This document shows positions 55,460-63,599 of a stretch of 64,000 nt of DNA, one piece after another. A program made the translations under genes and the position numbers. The stretch lies in IMG/VR virus record IMGVR_UViG_3300020391_000004, positions 32,001 through 96,000 of that record; one strand, given 5' to 3'. The notes beneath the pieces are model-generated. The model did not search any database and was not told where the DNA came from. It saw only the letters and a list, made by a program, of their open reading frames with translations. The stretch comes from a virus. Numbering within the stretch: the stretch's first letter is position 1; every line of letters begins with the position of its first letter.

Positions 55460-55467
55460 ATTCTCTC

Positions 55468-55707
55468 CTATCTTAATTCTATACCTTCATCAAATAGTTT
55501 CCAGGCATCACCATCTTTTTGAAATCCATATTCACTGGCAAAATCCATTGAACTACTATGACATAAATGTGGACCTATACCTTTTGTTTTTAATATGTAA
55601 GCAACCATTTTAGGTGTCTTAGCAAATCCAACACAATTACCAGCCCTTCCAGCAAAAAACTTTATACCTGATTCATCCGCTGCAATAAAATTAATTTTAT
55701 TTTTCAT
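55468..55707 (-). CDS. Hypothetical early protein
   Basis: AGGAGAGA RBS; SSSMDFA.EYGF. Confidence 0.6.
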   Translation of the reverse strand: MKNKINFIAADESGIKFFAGRAGNCVGFAKTPKMVAYILKTKGIGPHLCHSSSMDFASEYGFQKDGDAWKLFDEGIELR

Positions 55708-55718
55708 TTACTTCTCTC

Positions 55719-56006
55719 CTAGTTTCCGCCTAAGTTAAATTCATAATTAATATCTTTATAAAGTTTATCCATTATGTAATTACATTGTCCTGCAGTTTTA
55801 GCATTTAATAAAATAGTTTTGCTTCTTTTAAGATTAGCAAGACATTCTTGGTGAATCTCGTTGTAAGGATCTCTTCTTACTCTCTGTGCTACTTTATTAA
55901 TTTCATTTGGAAGATAGTAGTAAGCATAAGTTGCTTTATACTTTGCAGTTGAATAATCTAAACCTTCTTTAACGAACTTATCTCTGGATCTACTTGAACA
56001 AATCAT
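55719..56006 (-). CDS. Hypothetical early protein
   Basis: First gene after a promoter cassette. Confidence 0.55.
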   Translation of the reverse strand: MICSSRSRDKFVKEGLDYSTAKYKATYAYYYLPNEINKVAQRVRRDPYNEIHQECLANLKRSKTILLNAKTAGQCNYIMDKLYKDINYEFNLGGN

Positions 56007-56041
56007 TTATTTTCTCTCTCTTGTTTTCTAACTATGCTGTT

Positions 56042-56069
56042 ATAATAACATAATAATATGACTTGTCAA
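56042..56069 (-). promoter_or_regulatory. Early sigma70-type promoter cassette
   Basis: GGTTGACA-N13-TGT-TATTAT. Confidence 0.75.
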
Positions 56070-56293
56070 CCCCCATTGCTCATTACTTTTAATAATTGTA
56101 ATTCTTTTCCTGTAATCTCCCTAAGGGTCAATCCTTTGCCTCCTGGGTCCATACTTTCATATTTTATAAGACAAGCACGGGCATGAATATCTTTCCAAAT
56201 TTCTTTTTTACCATCTGGCCAGGCAATCTCATAAGTACGTGGTGTTTTATCCCAACTTTTAGGAGCACCTTCTTTCATATAAGTTACAGTCAT
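56066..56293 (-). CDS. Hypothetical protein
   Basis: 75-aa ORF coupled to the DoxX gene. Confidence 0.55.
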   Translation of the reverse strand: MTVTYMKEGAPKSWDKTPRTYEIAWPDGKKEIWKDIHARACLIKYESMDPGGKGLTLREITGKELQLLKVMSNGG

Positions 56294-56715
56294 TATTTAA
56301 GATATATCCTGTTGCCTCTTAGTGCAAAAAATAAGCCTCCACAGTATAGCATTACATGGAAGTTATCATATAATAACACATCTACAAAACTTTCAGGCTC
56401 ACCAATAAGAATTACCCCTGTCATTATTCCACAAATAGTTACTCCACTAAAACGTGTAAGTAGGTCTCCTAATGTAGGTAATAATTTAGGAAAAATTAAT
56501 ATTGCACCAATAATTAATCCTATGCCTGCAAATAATTCTCCCCAAACTACAAAGAACCATACTGTCATTGGTAATCCATAGCCTTCTGCATCTTCTATGT
56601 TTACCGGTAGCTTTGCTAGTCCTTGTAAAATAAAGACTATTGCTAATGGCATTCTTATTAATAAATTACTTCCTTTAAATTCAGGAATTTTATCTAAATA
56701 GTTTGAAATAGTCAT
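56293..56715 (-). CDS. DoxX family membrane protein
   Basis: R..LA.VFI.QG..K, WGEL.AG.GL..G, TRF.G. Confidence 0.8.
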   Translation of the reverse strand: MTISNYLDKIPEFKGSNLLIRMPLAIVFILQGLAKLPVNIEDAEGYGLPMTVWFFVVWGELFAGIGLIIGAILIFPKLLPTLGDLLTRFSGVTICGIMTGVILIGEPESFVDVLLYDNFHVMLYCGGLFFALRGNRIYLK

Positions 56716-57044
56716 GAAATAAACCTATATAAAATTAAAAATAAAATACTTGTTAAACCTGCACTGCCTATTAGTGCAATCCAGAAATTAAAATAAAGAA
56801 AACCTGTAGCAAATAAAGGGAAGAATATTAAACTAAGTCCAACAAAATAAACTGTTTGGTAACTAAATGTTTTAAATGTTTGATAATCAACTCCTGTATA
56901 ATACATAATAATTAATGTGACAAAACTTACCATAGGTATGCCCATTACAACTGCACCAAATGTTGCATTTTTTTGTGCTACGGTGCTAACTATTCCAATA
57001 ATTAATCCGCCTAGCAATGCTTTCCAGATTATATCAAGATACAT
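56712..57044 (-). CDS. DUF3147-like four-TM membrane protein
   Basis: KAL.GG..I..VS.VA.K...GA.....P.VS. Confidence 0.6.
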   Translation of the reverse strand: MYLDIIWKALLGGLIIGIVSTVAQKNATFGAVVMGIPMVSFVTLIIMYYTGVDYQTFKTFSYQTVYFVGLSLIFFPLFATGFLYFNFWIALIGSAGLTSILFLILYRFIS

Positions 57045-57201
57045 TATAATTTTCCTTTACTACTAATATTTGCCAATTAGGATGTTGCTCCTGAAGTAAT
57101 TCTGCTTTGTAGTCTAATTGTGCTTTACTTTCATTCCATTCAAGAATTTCCATCTTATCCTGTGCTGATTTTCTAACAACTAATTTATATTCTATTTTCA
57201 T
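57034..57201 (-). CDS. Small hypothetical protein (55 aa)
   Basis: Hand translation MKIEYKLVVRK...HPNWQILVVKENYNVS fills the gap. Confidence 0.5.
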   Translation of the reverse strand: MKIEYKLVVRKSAQDKMEILEWNESKAQLDYKAELLQEQHPNWQILVVKENYNVS

Positions 57202-57918
57202 TTAACTTTCCTTAATAAAATTTAGTATTTTTTTACACCAAATTGCATAACAACTATGATTAGGATGAGCATCATCTCTTGCTATTTTAAAATTATTATT
57301 ACTATCTACTAAATCCTGAATACCATGCATGGGTTGAAAATAATTAACGTAATTAATTTGATCTTTAATACATAGTAATTCTTTTAATTTTGTTTTATAT
57401 TGCATTTGTCCATATACACTATTATATATCACAAATTTTAAATTTAATTCTCGTAATCTTTTTTGAATTAATAGTATATTGAACCAACTATTATAAATTA
57501 ATGTCTCTTCTAAATTAATTGCTTTTAATCTTCCACTTAAATAATTATGTGTGCGGAACCAGTCCTCTTCTATTACAGGCCCATTCATAAATGCTTTAGC
57601 TTTATGTTCCGTGCCCTTGTAGTAACTTCTATCTCTATGCTGGTCTCTTGGTCTTTCTCCTATAGTTTGAAATCTATTTTCAGGAGGTATTCCAATTAAT
57701 AAAAAACTATCCACTTCCTCAAAGTTAGTAGTATATAATCTCCTTAATACACCATCAGGGGATAATCCTGGACTTGCTAGATTTATGTGTTCATAACCTA
57801 ATTCATCTGAAATAATATCTCCTGGACCTAAGTGCTTGTAGTTATCTGCAAAGTTTTCATAACTTTGTACACAATTACCATAACTAAAACTATCGCCAAT
57901 ATTATATAATTTAGGCAT
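57202..57918 (-). CDS. SGNH hydrolase-like protein, paralog 5
   Basis: IGDSFSYG, NLASPGLS, DAHPN. Confidence 0.6.
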   Translation of the reverse strand: MPKLYNIGDSFSYGNCVQSYENFADNYKHLGPGDIISDELGYEHINLASPGLSPDGVLRRLYTTNFEEVDSFLLIGIPPENRFQTIGERPRDQHRDRSYYKGTEHKAKAFMNGPVIEEDWFRTHNYLSGRLKAINLEETLIYNSWFNILLIQKRLRELNLKFVIYNSVYGQMQYKTKLKELLCIKDQINYVNYFQPMHGIQDLVDSNNNFKIARDDAHPNHSCYAIWCKKILNFIKES

Positions 57919-58615
57919 TTATTATCTTTTTTATTTTCCAAGGTGTAAAACATATACTGCCTAAACTAATATGATCTGCACCAGCACCTTTATATATTTT
58001 TACATCTTTAGTTGTTGTTACTCCACCACCAGCAATTACTTCTACATGAGGATGTTTACGTTTAATATAACGTATAATACCTAGTGTATGTGGCATTAAT
58101 ATTTTCCCACTAAGTCCACCTTGCGGTGTTGGCAGTGTATTACTTGCATGTATTTGTTTATAGCCCATATCAACTATATTATCTATAAATTGTTCAGTTG
58201 CATTAGGTGGGATTTTGACTATACACCATCTTTGTCTCATCTTACGTGGAAACTTATCAAAGTTTTGCCAAGTTGTAGTATCATTATGCGAGTCTAAATT
58301 AGGACAACTTACATTTAATTCTATGTTACGATCCATACTAATTGAATTAAATATACTTGTCCAATCTGTTTCGTGTATTGCGGCAAGACTAAGTATTTTA
58401 TCAAAGTTTACGGTTCTTTGTGCAACACTTAATCCAGGATTTCGTAATCCTAATTTATTTCTCCAGCTCCAGCCCGCATCAGTTTTTATATACCGTAGTG
58501 TTTTTAATATTTGTTTAAGTCTGCCTTTACGTGGCAATACAGTAAAAGTTCCTGCAACACTTATAGCATTATTAAAATTTAAATAATTTCCAAATGGTGC
58601 AGCAATAAAATACAT
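57911..58615 (-). CDS. Dihydroorotate dehydrogenase-like FMN enzyme (compact)
   Basis: IAAPFGN, LGLRNPG, ELNVSCPN, VKIPP, SNT, GGLSG, AGGGV, GAD. Confidence 0.75.
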   Translation of the reverse strand: MYFIAAPFGNYLNFNNAISVAGTFTVLPRKGRLKQILKTLRYIKTDAGWSWRNKLGLRNPGLSVAQRTVNFDKILSLAAIHETDWTSIFNSISMDRNIELNVSCPNLDSHNDTTTWQNFDKFPRKMRQRWCIVKIPPNATEQFIDNIVDMGYKQIHASNTLPTPQGGLSGKILMPHTLGIIRYIKRKHPHVEVIAGGGVTTTKDVKIYKGAGADHISLGSICFTPWKIKKIINA

Positions 58616-58741
58616 TAGAAAAACTTTGCATTATCATTATTTAAAAATGCTAAAACACCAGCCATAATTAGAAATCCCCAAATAATACAATTAATTTTAA
58701 TTAAATATCCAAAGTGAGAATATCTAATTAAATAATAAATT

Positions 58742-58930
58742 TTAGTCATGATACCCATCATCTTCATCCAATACTTTTATTACAGGTTTTTTGGCATGAC
58801 TTATTTCATTATCTACGTCTTTAGTAACACTTATTTCATTATCTACAAAAGGAAGCATTAATTGCTCTTCATTAATACCATATTTGTCTTCCATTTGTTT
58901 AGCCCATTCAAATAAATCTTCTTGTGTCAT
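58742..58930 (-). CDS. Small acidic hypothetical protein
   Basis: GGAG RBS; internal VDNEIS duplication. Confidence 0.5.
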   Translation of the reverse strand: MTQEDLFEWAKQMEDKYGINEEQLMLPFVDNEISVTKDVDNEISHAKKPVIKVLDEDDGYHD

Positions 58931-58956
58931 ATTTACTCCATTTAATTAAAATTAAT

Positions 58957-59110
58957 GGGAAGATTGCGACAGTTCCTAATTTCATTATCCATTAGTTGTT
59001 GTAGAATCTTCCCTTACTTGGTTGTATGAGTACATGCCCTCGATAAGTTTTTATATATCGTTTCAATCCACTTATCTTATGCTTCAATCATTAGGTACTA
59101 CTCTAACTAG
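58957..59110 (+). ncRNA. Candidate structured RNA, antisense to the local gene direction
   Basis: GGGAAGATT/AATCTTCCC stem and further stems with G-U pairs that work only on the plus strand. Confidence 0.35.
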
Positions 59111-59131
59111 TCTTTCGACGTGTTTAATAAA

Positions 59132-59206
59132 TTAATAATAATAGACCATTTCAATAAAAAAAATACAAATTATGGCTACAACTGCTAAAAAGATTGCATT
59201 ATTCAT
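59132..59206 (-). CDS. 24-aa hydrophobic peptide
   Basis: MNNAIFLAVVAIICIFFIEMVYYY with a TAGGAG RBS. Confidence 0.5.
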   Translation of the reverse strand: MNNAIFLAVVAIICIFFIEMVYYY

Positions 59207-59207
59207 A

Positions 59208-59726
59208 TTATACTCCTAGTTGTTTATAACACCATTGTAAACATCGTGCTTGGTGATGAGCATCTGCTAATGCATTATGTGCCGCCACTTTGGGTATTGC
59301 ATTTACTGGATCTGTTGGCATCATTTTAAATACTGTTCTACTGTCACGTAAGTTCCAAAAGTTCCACGGCTTATTAACACCAGATTGTAGATAAAGATTT
59401 TCTATAATAGTCATATCAAAACCATATCCTTGTCCCCATATTTGTTCGCACCCAACAATAAATTTATTTAATTTATTAATTGCGTCTGCAACAGGAGTCC
59501 TATTGTGTTCTCCCATTGCTTCATCCTGTATCTTTTGGGGTTGTGTTGCCCACCATGCAACTGTTCCGTCATCTACAGTTCTACCTAGAGCGATTTGTTC
59601 ATCCACATCTAGTCTAATATATAATTCATCAACTATGCTTGTTCTGTTAAACTTAACCGCACCTACTGTTAGCACTACTGCACTAGGACTAGTATCTAAT
59701 GTTTCTAAATCTATCATACAATCCAT
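59208..59726 (-). CDS. DEDDh 3'-5' exonuclease (DexA/Rv2179c-like)
   Basis: MIDLET, GYGFD, RDSRT, HNALADA. Confidence 0.85.
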   Translation of the reverse strand: MDCMIDLETLDTSPSAVVLTVGAVKFNRTSIVDELYIRLDVDEQIALGRTVDDGTVAWWATQPQKIQDEAMGEHNRTPVADAINKLNKFIVGCEQIWGQGYGFDMTIIENLYLQSGVNKPWNFWNLRDSRTVFKMMPTDPVNAIPKVAAHNALADAHHQARCLQWCYKQLGV

Positions 59727-59727
59727 A

Positions 59728-60759
59728 TTAACGTCCCCATATATCTAATAAATCCATTCTTAATTCACTAATTAATTGGTCACCAAATTGATTAAAAAAA
59801 TAATCTCTATTATAATCTGTAATACCTTGACAGTCTTCTGCTAACCGCTGCATTTCAGTTCTAGTTAATGGCTCTTTTATATAACTACTGTTACTTTCAA
59901 TCATATCTTTTATTCTTATTTGATTATCCAATTCATCATATGTTTCATCAAACACACTACCCCAACGGTTATCACCATCACTGACACCACCAAAAGTTTT
60001 AAATCCATATTGTTGCACATGTTGTACTGCTCCTTGATGAGCAACTAATAAAAATGGTATCCCCGCCACTATGCTATTAAATGTCTTTTCTGTTATTATA
60101 CCGTACTGTTCATGATATTGACTTTCACTTACAATACTAAATGCCGCAGTATTATAATTCTTTTTCATTGCTAATAAATTTACTAAGTTATCATATTGTT
60201 GTTCATATTCATCAAACGATAAATTACTGTAAGCCAACTCTATGCCTTTACTTTGTAAACTTATATTTGCATGTCGATACTGTTTTAATACACTGTGTAA
60301 TGCTGCTCTATGTGGTTTATATATTCTCTGCGGACAAACAAAATTATATTTAAAATCTTTTTTATCTGCACTAAATGCATCACGTAGTACGTCTTCATTA
60401 TCTTTATAACTGCACCAAGTTTCATATTGATGACTACTAAACTGTATAATATTAAATGAACGTTCAGGTAATATTTGTTGTATACCACGAGGCCATACTA
60501 GAACACTAATACGATGCATGGGAAATCCATTCGCTCGAAAATGATCGTGTAGACGAATTAATTCTTTTCCGTCTAGCATATCCTGTAAATTAACAAATAA
60601 ATGATAATCAGGATCATCAAAATTGCATTCTATAACTGTTTGCGGCGATGTAATATCCCAACCTGTGCTAGTAATTGGATATTCTAAAGCACTGTCTAAT
60701 ATATCTGCACGAGGAAATATTTCTCGTACTACGGTTGTCCACAGTTTATGACCAGGCAT
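59728..60759 (-). CDS. GT10-like protein, paralog 4
   Basis: FSIVSES...ITEKTF.SI..G.PFL.VA........YGFKTF...DETYD. Confidence 0.5.
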   Translation of the reverse strand: MPGHKLWTTVVREIFPRADILDSALEYPITSTGWDITSPQTVIECNFDDPDYHLFVNLQDMLDGKELIRLHDHFRANGFPMHRISVLVWPRGIQQILPERSFNIIQFSSHQYETWCSYKDNEDVLRDAFSADKKDFKYNFVCPQRIYKPHRAALHSVLKQYRHANISLQSKGIELAYSNLSFDEYEQQYDNLVNLLAMKKNYNTAAFSIVSESQYHEQYGIITEKTFNSIVAGIPFLLVAHQGAVQHVQQYGFKTFGGVSDGDNRWGSVFDETYDELDNQIRIKDMIESNSSYIKEPLTRTEMQRLAEDCQGITDYNRDYFFNQFGDQLISELRMDLLDIWGR

Positions 60760-60868
60760 TATATAATATAGCTCCTGCAGTTACTAATAGTGTGCAATAA
60801 ATTATTGCAAAGGCTATTTGACCTAAAAAATTTCTAAACTCTTGTCTTTCACGTTGCCAACGTTTCAT
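60746..60868 (-). CDS. 40-aa membrane peptide
   Basis: Hand translation MKRWQRERQEFRNFLGQIAFAIIYCTLLVTAGAILYNAWS; TAATG coupling. Confidence 0.45.
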   Translation of the reverse strand: MKRWQRERQEFRNFLGQIAFAIIYCTLLVTAGAILYNAWS

Positions 60869-60966
60869 TAAAAAGGATTATGTGCTATCGCAATAATTGC
60901 AAATAATGCAACTATGCCCACCACACCCCATAAGCACGATTTAATTAATTCATTAATGTAAAACAT
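60868..60966 (-). CDS. 32-aa membrane peptide
   Basis: Hand translation MFYINELIKSCLWGVVGIVALFAIIAIAHNPF. Confidence 0.4.
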   Translation of the reverse strand: MFYINELIKSCLWGVVGIVALFAIIAIAHNPF

Positions 60967-60971
60967 TACTT

Positions 60972-61529
60972 CTAATCTCCGGATTTAGTGTTAATTTTAT
61001 TGCCATTTTTATCTAATGGAGTATATTCATATCTATAATCAGGATGTATATCTGATAATTCTCTTACTAATTGATGAGCTCTAAACAAACTTTTATCCAT
61101 TAAGTCATAAAAAAATCTTGAATATTTACACATTTCACTAATTAATAAACTTGTACCACTATAAGTCTTTTCTCTGCCACGAATTTCAACTAATTTAATC
61201 CAATTATTTTCTAAACAATCTTGTACTATACCGTGAATTGCTTGCCTACTAGTTAATAATTTATGTGCTAGTTGTGTAATCGATATAGGCTTACCTTGTA
61301 GTCGACTAATAACCATTACACGAGCAAAAGCATTTTTTAGTGGCGATGAATTAAAATATACTTGTGTAGATGTATCCATACGTAATAGTCTACTTTTATA
61401 TATTTTAAGTTCTGATTCACATAGTGTAACTAAGTAATCTTCCATTACACGGTCAAACATAGCATTTTCTAAAGTACCGCAGTCAGGACACGTACAATCA
61501 AATTCGTGTTCTGTATTATCCACAGACAT
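60972..61529 (-). CDS. MarR-like winged-helix protein
   Basis: ISITQLAHKL..SRQAIHGIV..C....WI. Confidence 0.6.
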   Translation of the reverse strand: MSVDNTEHEFDCTCPDCGTLENAMFDRVMEDYLVTLCESELKIYKSRLLRMDTSTQVYFNSSPLKNAFARVMVISRLQGKPISITQLAHKLLTSRQAIHGIVQDCLENNWIKLVEIRGREKTYSGTSLLISEMCKYSRFFYDLMDKSLFRAHQLVRELSDIHPDYRYEYTPLDKNGNKINTKSGD

Positions 61530-61611
61530 TAAACAACGCCTGAGGCTATAGTTACAGTAATTACACCTAAACTAACAATAATAATATTACTAAACCAAGT
61601 TAAATCATCCA

Positions 61612-61764
61612 TTATTTCGCTCCTGTATAGATTTTATATGCTTCAATAGTACGATTAGGAAAAGCATAAGGATTTCTTTTAATCATAATAAACAATGAAC
61701 TCATACTTAATCCTAAAAATTCACATTCTTTTTTTAATACTGTTAATGATGCTCGAATACCCAT
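61612..61764 (-). CDS. Small hypothetical protein (50 aa)
   Basis: Hand translation MGIRASLTVLKKECEFLG...RNPYAFP; TAATG coupling. Confidence 0.55.
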   Translation of the reverse strand: MGIRASLTVLKKECEFLGLSMSSLFIMIKRNPYAFPNRTIEAYKIYTGAK

Positions 61765-62060
61765 TATGCAGCCACCTTACCAGTAATTAAACTTTTATCT
61801 ACTTTAGTTCTTGTTGCACCAAATGGTGTTGCACCTGTATTAACTACTTCAACACTTACTCTATTTACTTTAACTACACGACCAGTCTTTTCTAAACCAC
61901 CATAACGCCATACAATAGTATCGCCTAATACAACACTTCGACCTTTAGACTTTCTTAAAAAATTAACATGACGATTATATTCTGAAGCTAATACATGCAT
62001 ATCTTCTGTATCCATAATAGCCCTCATTGCATCTATTGCAGTTTGTAATTTATTATTCAT
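61764..62060 (-). CDS. Hypothetical early protein with KOW/SH3-like C-terminus
   Basis: LGD.IVW....G.VVKVN; AGGAGAGA RBS. Confidence 0.6.
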   Translation of the reverse strand: MNNKLQTAIDAMRAIMDTEDMHVLASEYNRHVNFLRKSKGRSVVLGDTIVWRYGGLEKTGRVVKVNRVSVEVVNTGATPFGATRTKVDKSLITGKVAA

Positions 62061-62091
62061 TTAATCTCTCCTTAAACTTTAATTATTACTA

Positions 62092-62119
62092 ATAATAACA
62101 TGTATATACACAGTGTCAA
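62092..62119 (-). promoter_or_regulatory. Early sigma70-type promoter cassette
   Basis: GGTTGACA-N13-TGT-TATTAT. Confidence 0.75.
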
Positions 62120-62120
62120 C

Positions 62121-62342
62121 CTATACAGCGATGTGCTCAAAATTATTATCATACCAAGCATCACAAACCATATCTTCTACTGCAGTATAACCACCTAAAT
62201 AGGATAATAAATTCATATCCTGTGCTAATACTATTACACGATTAACTGCTTCAGCTTCAAATTCCGAGGATTTAACTATAGCATCTGCACGAGTATAAAA
62301 TAAATCTTCCTGAGCTAGTACATAATCTTTAAACTTATTCAT
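62121..62342 (-). CDS. Hypothetical early protein
   Basis: AGGAGAGA RBS. Confidence 0.6.
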   Translation of the reverse strand: MNKFKDYVLAQEDLFYTRADAIVKSSEFEAEAVNRVIVLAQDMNLLSYLGGYTAVEDMVCDAWYDNNFEHIAV

Positions 62343-62437
62343 TTAATCTCTCCTTGTTGTCTAATATCATCAACTACGATAATAGCTACTAGTACGACTA
62401 CAGCTATTAAACTATAATAAAATAATTCAAAAGTCAT
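62339..62437 (-). CDS. 32-aa membrane peptide
   Basis: Hand translation MTFELFYYSLIAVVVLVAIIVVDDIRQQGEIK; AGGAG RBS. Confidence 0.5.
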   Translation of the reverse strand: MTFELFYYSLIAVVVLVAIIVVDDIRQQGEIK

Positions 62438-62468
62438 TTTGTCTCCTATTACGTTTTAATTATTATTA

Positions 62469-62496
62469 ATAATAACATGTATATAATAAGTGTCAA
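62469..62496 (-). promoter_or_regulatory. Early sigma70-type promoter cassette
   Basis: GGTTGACA-N13-TGT-TATTAT; near-duplicate of the 62092 cassette. Confidence 0.75.
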
Positions 62497-62639
62497 CCCC
62501 GATAATAAAAAAGAACTGTTAATTCACGTTAAATAGACTATTAAAATAATACCTTAATATTTTTCTAAACCATGTCTCCGACACTCCGCGGAAAAAAAAT
62601 CATGCAATACGATTCATATTGCCCAGTTTACACTACCGT

Positions 62640-62834
62640 TTATAACCTAGTTTTTTGTGGTAAATCTTTATATACACGAGCGACACGTTCTAAATAATCA
62701 GTTTCTGTACGTGCTAATGCAATAAGTTTATGTTCATATATACGACGAAAATCTGGATCTATGCCAGGTTCTAGTATAGCAGTACCTAATGCCGCTGCTC
62801 GACGGTACTGACGGTCTTCACTATAAGGTCCCAT
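62640..62834 (-). CDS. Hypothetical protein
   Basis: 64-aa ORF, TAATG coupled. Confidence 0.55.
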   Translation of the reverse strand: MGPYSEDRQYRRAAALGTAILEPGIDPDFRRIYEHKLIALARTETDYLERVARVYKDLPQKTRL

Positions 62835-62995
62835 TATAACTCCTCTACTATGCCTAAGCCTTCGGCTGCTATTAAAAAGAAACCAGCTAATACTACATTA
62901 CCCATGCATAACATTATACCGGCTACTATACGTACAGCACTCTTTGCTAGACTAACATAAAAATGTTTACGTGAATTGCTTGCCACAGGTTCCAT
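62834..62995 (-). CDS. Small membrane protein (53 aa)
   Basis: Hand translation ...HFYVSLAKSAVRI...AAEGLGIVEEL; coupled on both sides. Confidence 0.6.
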   Translation of the reverse strand: MEPVASNSRKHFYVSLAKSAVRIVAGIMLCMGNVVLAGFFLIAAEGLGIVEEL

Positions 62996-63162
62996 TATGT
63001 ATACCTCGGATTTGGATTCTTCAAGCAGATCTTTGCTGCTAGAAGTCTTCTTTTTTCTTGGGGAGTATGAATAGCCGTAAACATACTCAGTGCTTTTACC
63101 ATATTCTTAATTGCCCAGCTAGGCTGATTACCTATGATCTTCCATGCTTGAATAACTGACAT
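62995..63162 (-). CDS. Small hypothetical protein (55 aa)
   Basis: Hand translation MSVIQAWKIIGNQPSWAIKNMVKALSM...RLLAAK; coupled on both sides. Confidence 0.6.
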   Translation of the reverse strand: MSVIQAWKIIGNQPSWAIKNMVKALSMFTAIHTPQEKRRLLAAKICLKNPNPRYT

Positions 63163-63524
63163 TATGCTATCTCCTGATCTTTACGCCATAAAACTTCTTT
63201 ATAACCGATTCTATCCACGAACCATAAACCTTCATTATCCTGTAGTACATCCCCAACGGATACACTGTGCATCTTTGTGCCTTCAACAGGAATGACTCTA
63301 TCACTAGGACCAATGTTACCTGCTTCAAAAGCATGGTCAATATCGTCTGCAACTATGTCAGCGACATGTGTATAACACTCATTAGCAATAGCTAAACGCG
63401 GATCACCATTCATAGCAGCCAATTTACTTTTGGCGGTTGAATGACAATCCCAACCTTCTGAATTAATTAAATCACTTAGGTGACGGTCAATAACAATCTG
63501 GTAAAGTTTAATCATTTGCGGCAT
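63162..63524 (-). CDS. YodL-like domain protein
   Basis: HSVSVGDV motif; start at 63524 with an AGGAGAGA RBS. Confidence 0.55.
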   Translation of the reverse strand: MPQMIKLYQIVIDRHLSDLINSEGWDCHSTAKSKLAAMNGDPRLAIANECYTHVADIVADDIDHAFEAGNIGPSDRVIPVEGTKMHSVSVGDVLQDNEGLWFVDRIGYKEVLWRKDQEIA

Positions 63525-63553
63525 ACATCTCTCCTTTGCTGTATTGTGCTTAC

Positions 63554-63581
63554 AGCATAACACATATATAGGATGTGTCAA
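63554..63581 (-). promoter_or_regulatory. Early sigma70-type promoter cassette
   Basis: GGTTGACA-N13-TGT-TATGCT. Confidence 0.7.
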
Positions 63582-63599
63582 CCTGGTTGCGAATCTTTT

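Noticed and set aside
58573-58749. 58-aa hydrophobic ORF (MTKIYYLIRYSHFGY...)
   Set aside because: It overlaps the DHOD-like gene by 43 nt and has no clear RBS; possible, but not supported enough to list.
58944-59091. Minus-strand frame MIEA*DKWIETIYK...TTK*GKILQQ... suggesting TAA read-through or recoding
   Set aside because: TAA is the dominant stop codon in the well-supported genes; no evidence for recoding, and the pattern is consistent with chance.
6147-60488. Many short plus-strand and alternate-frame ORFs in the track (e.g. 6147..6383, 8053..8304, 22687..22878, 24473..24865, 44571..44813, 60285..60488)
   Set aside because: They lie within or antisense to well-supported genes, lack RBSs and motifs, and look like shadow ORFs.
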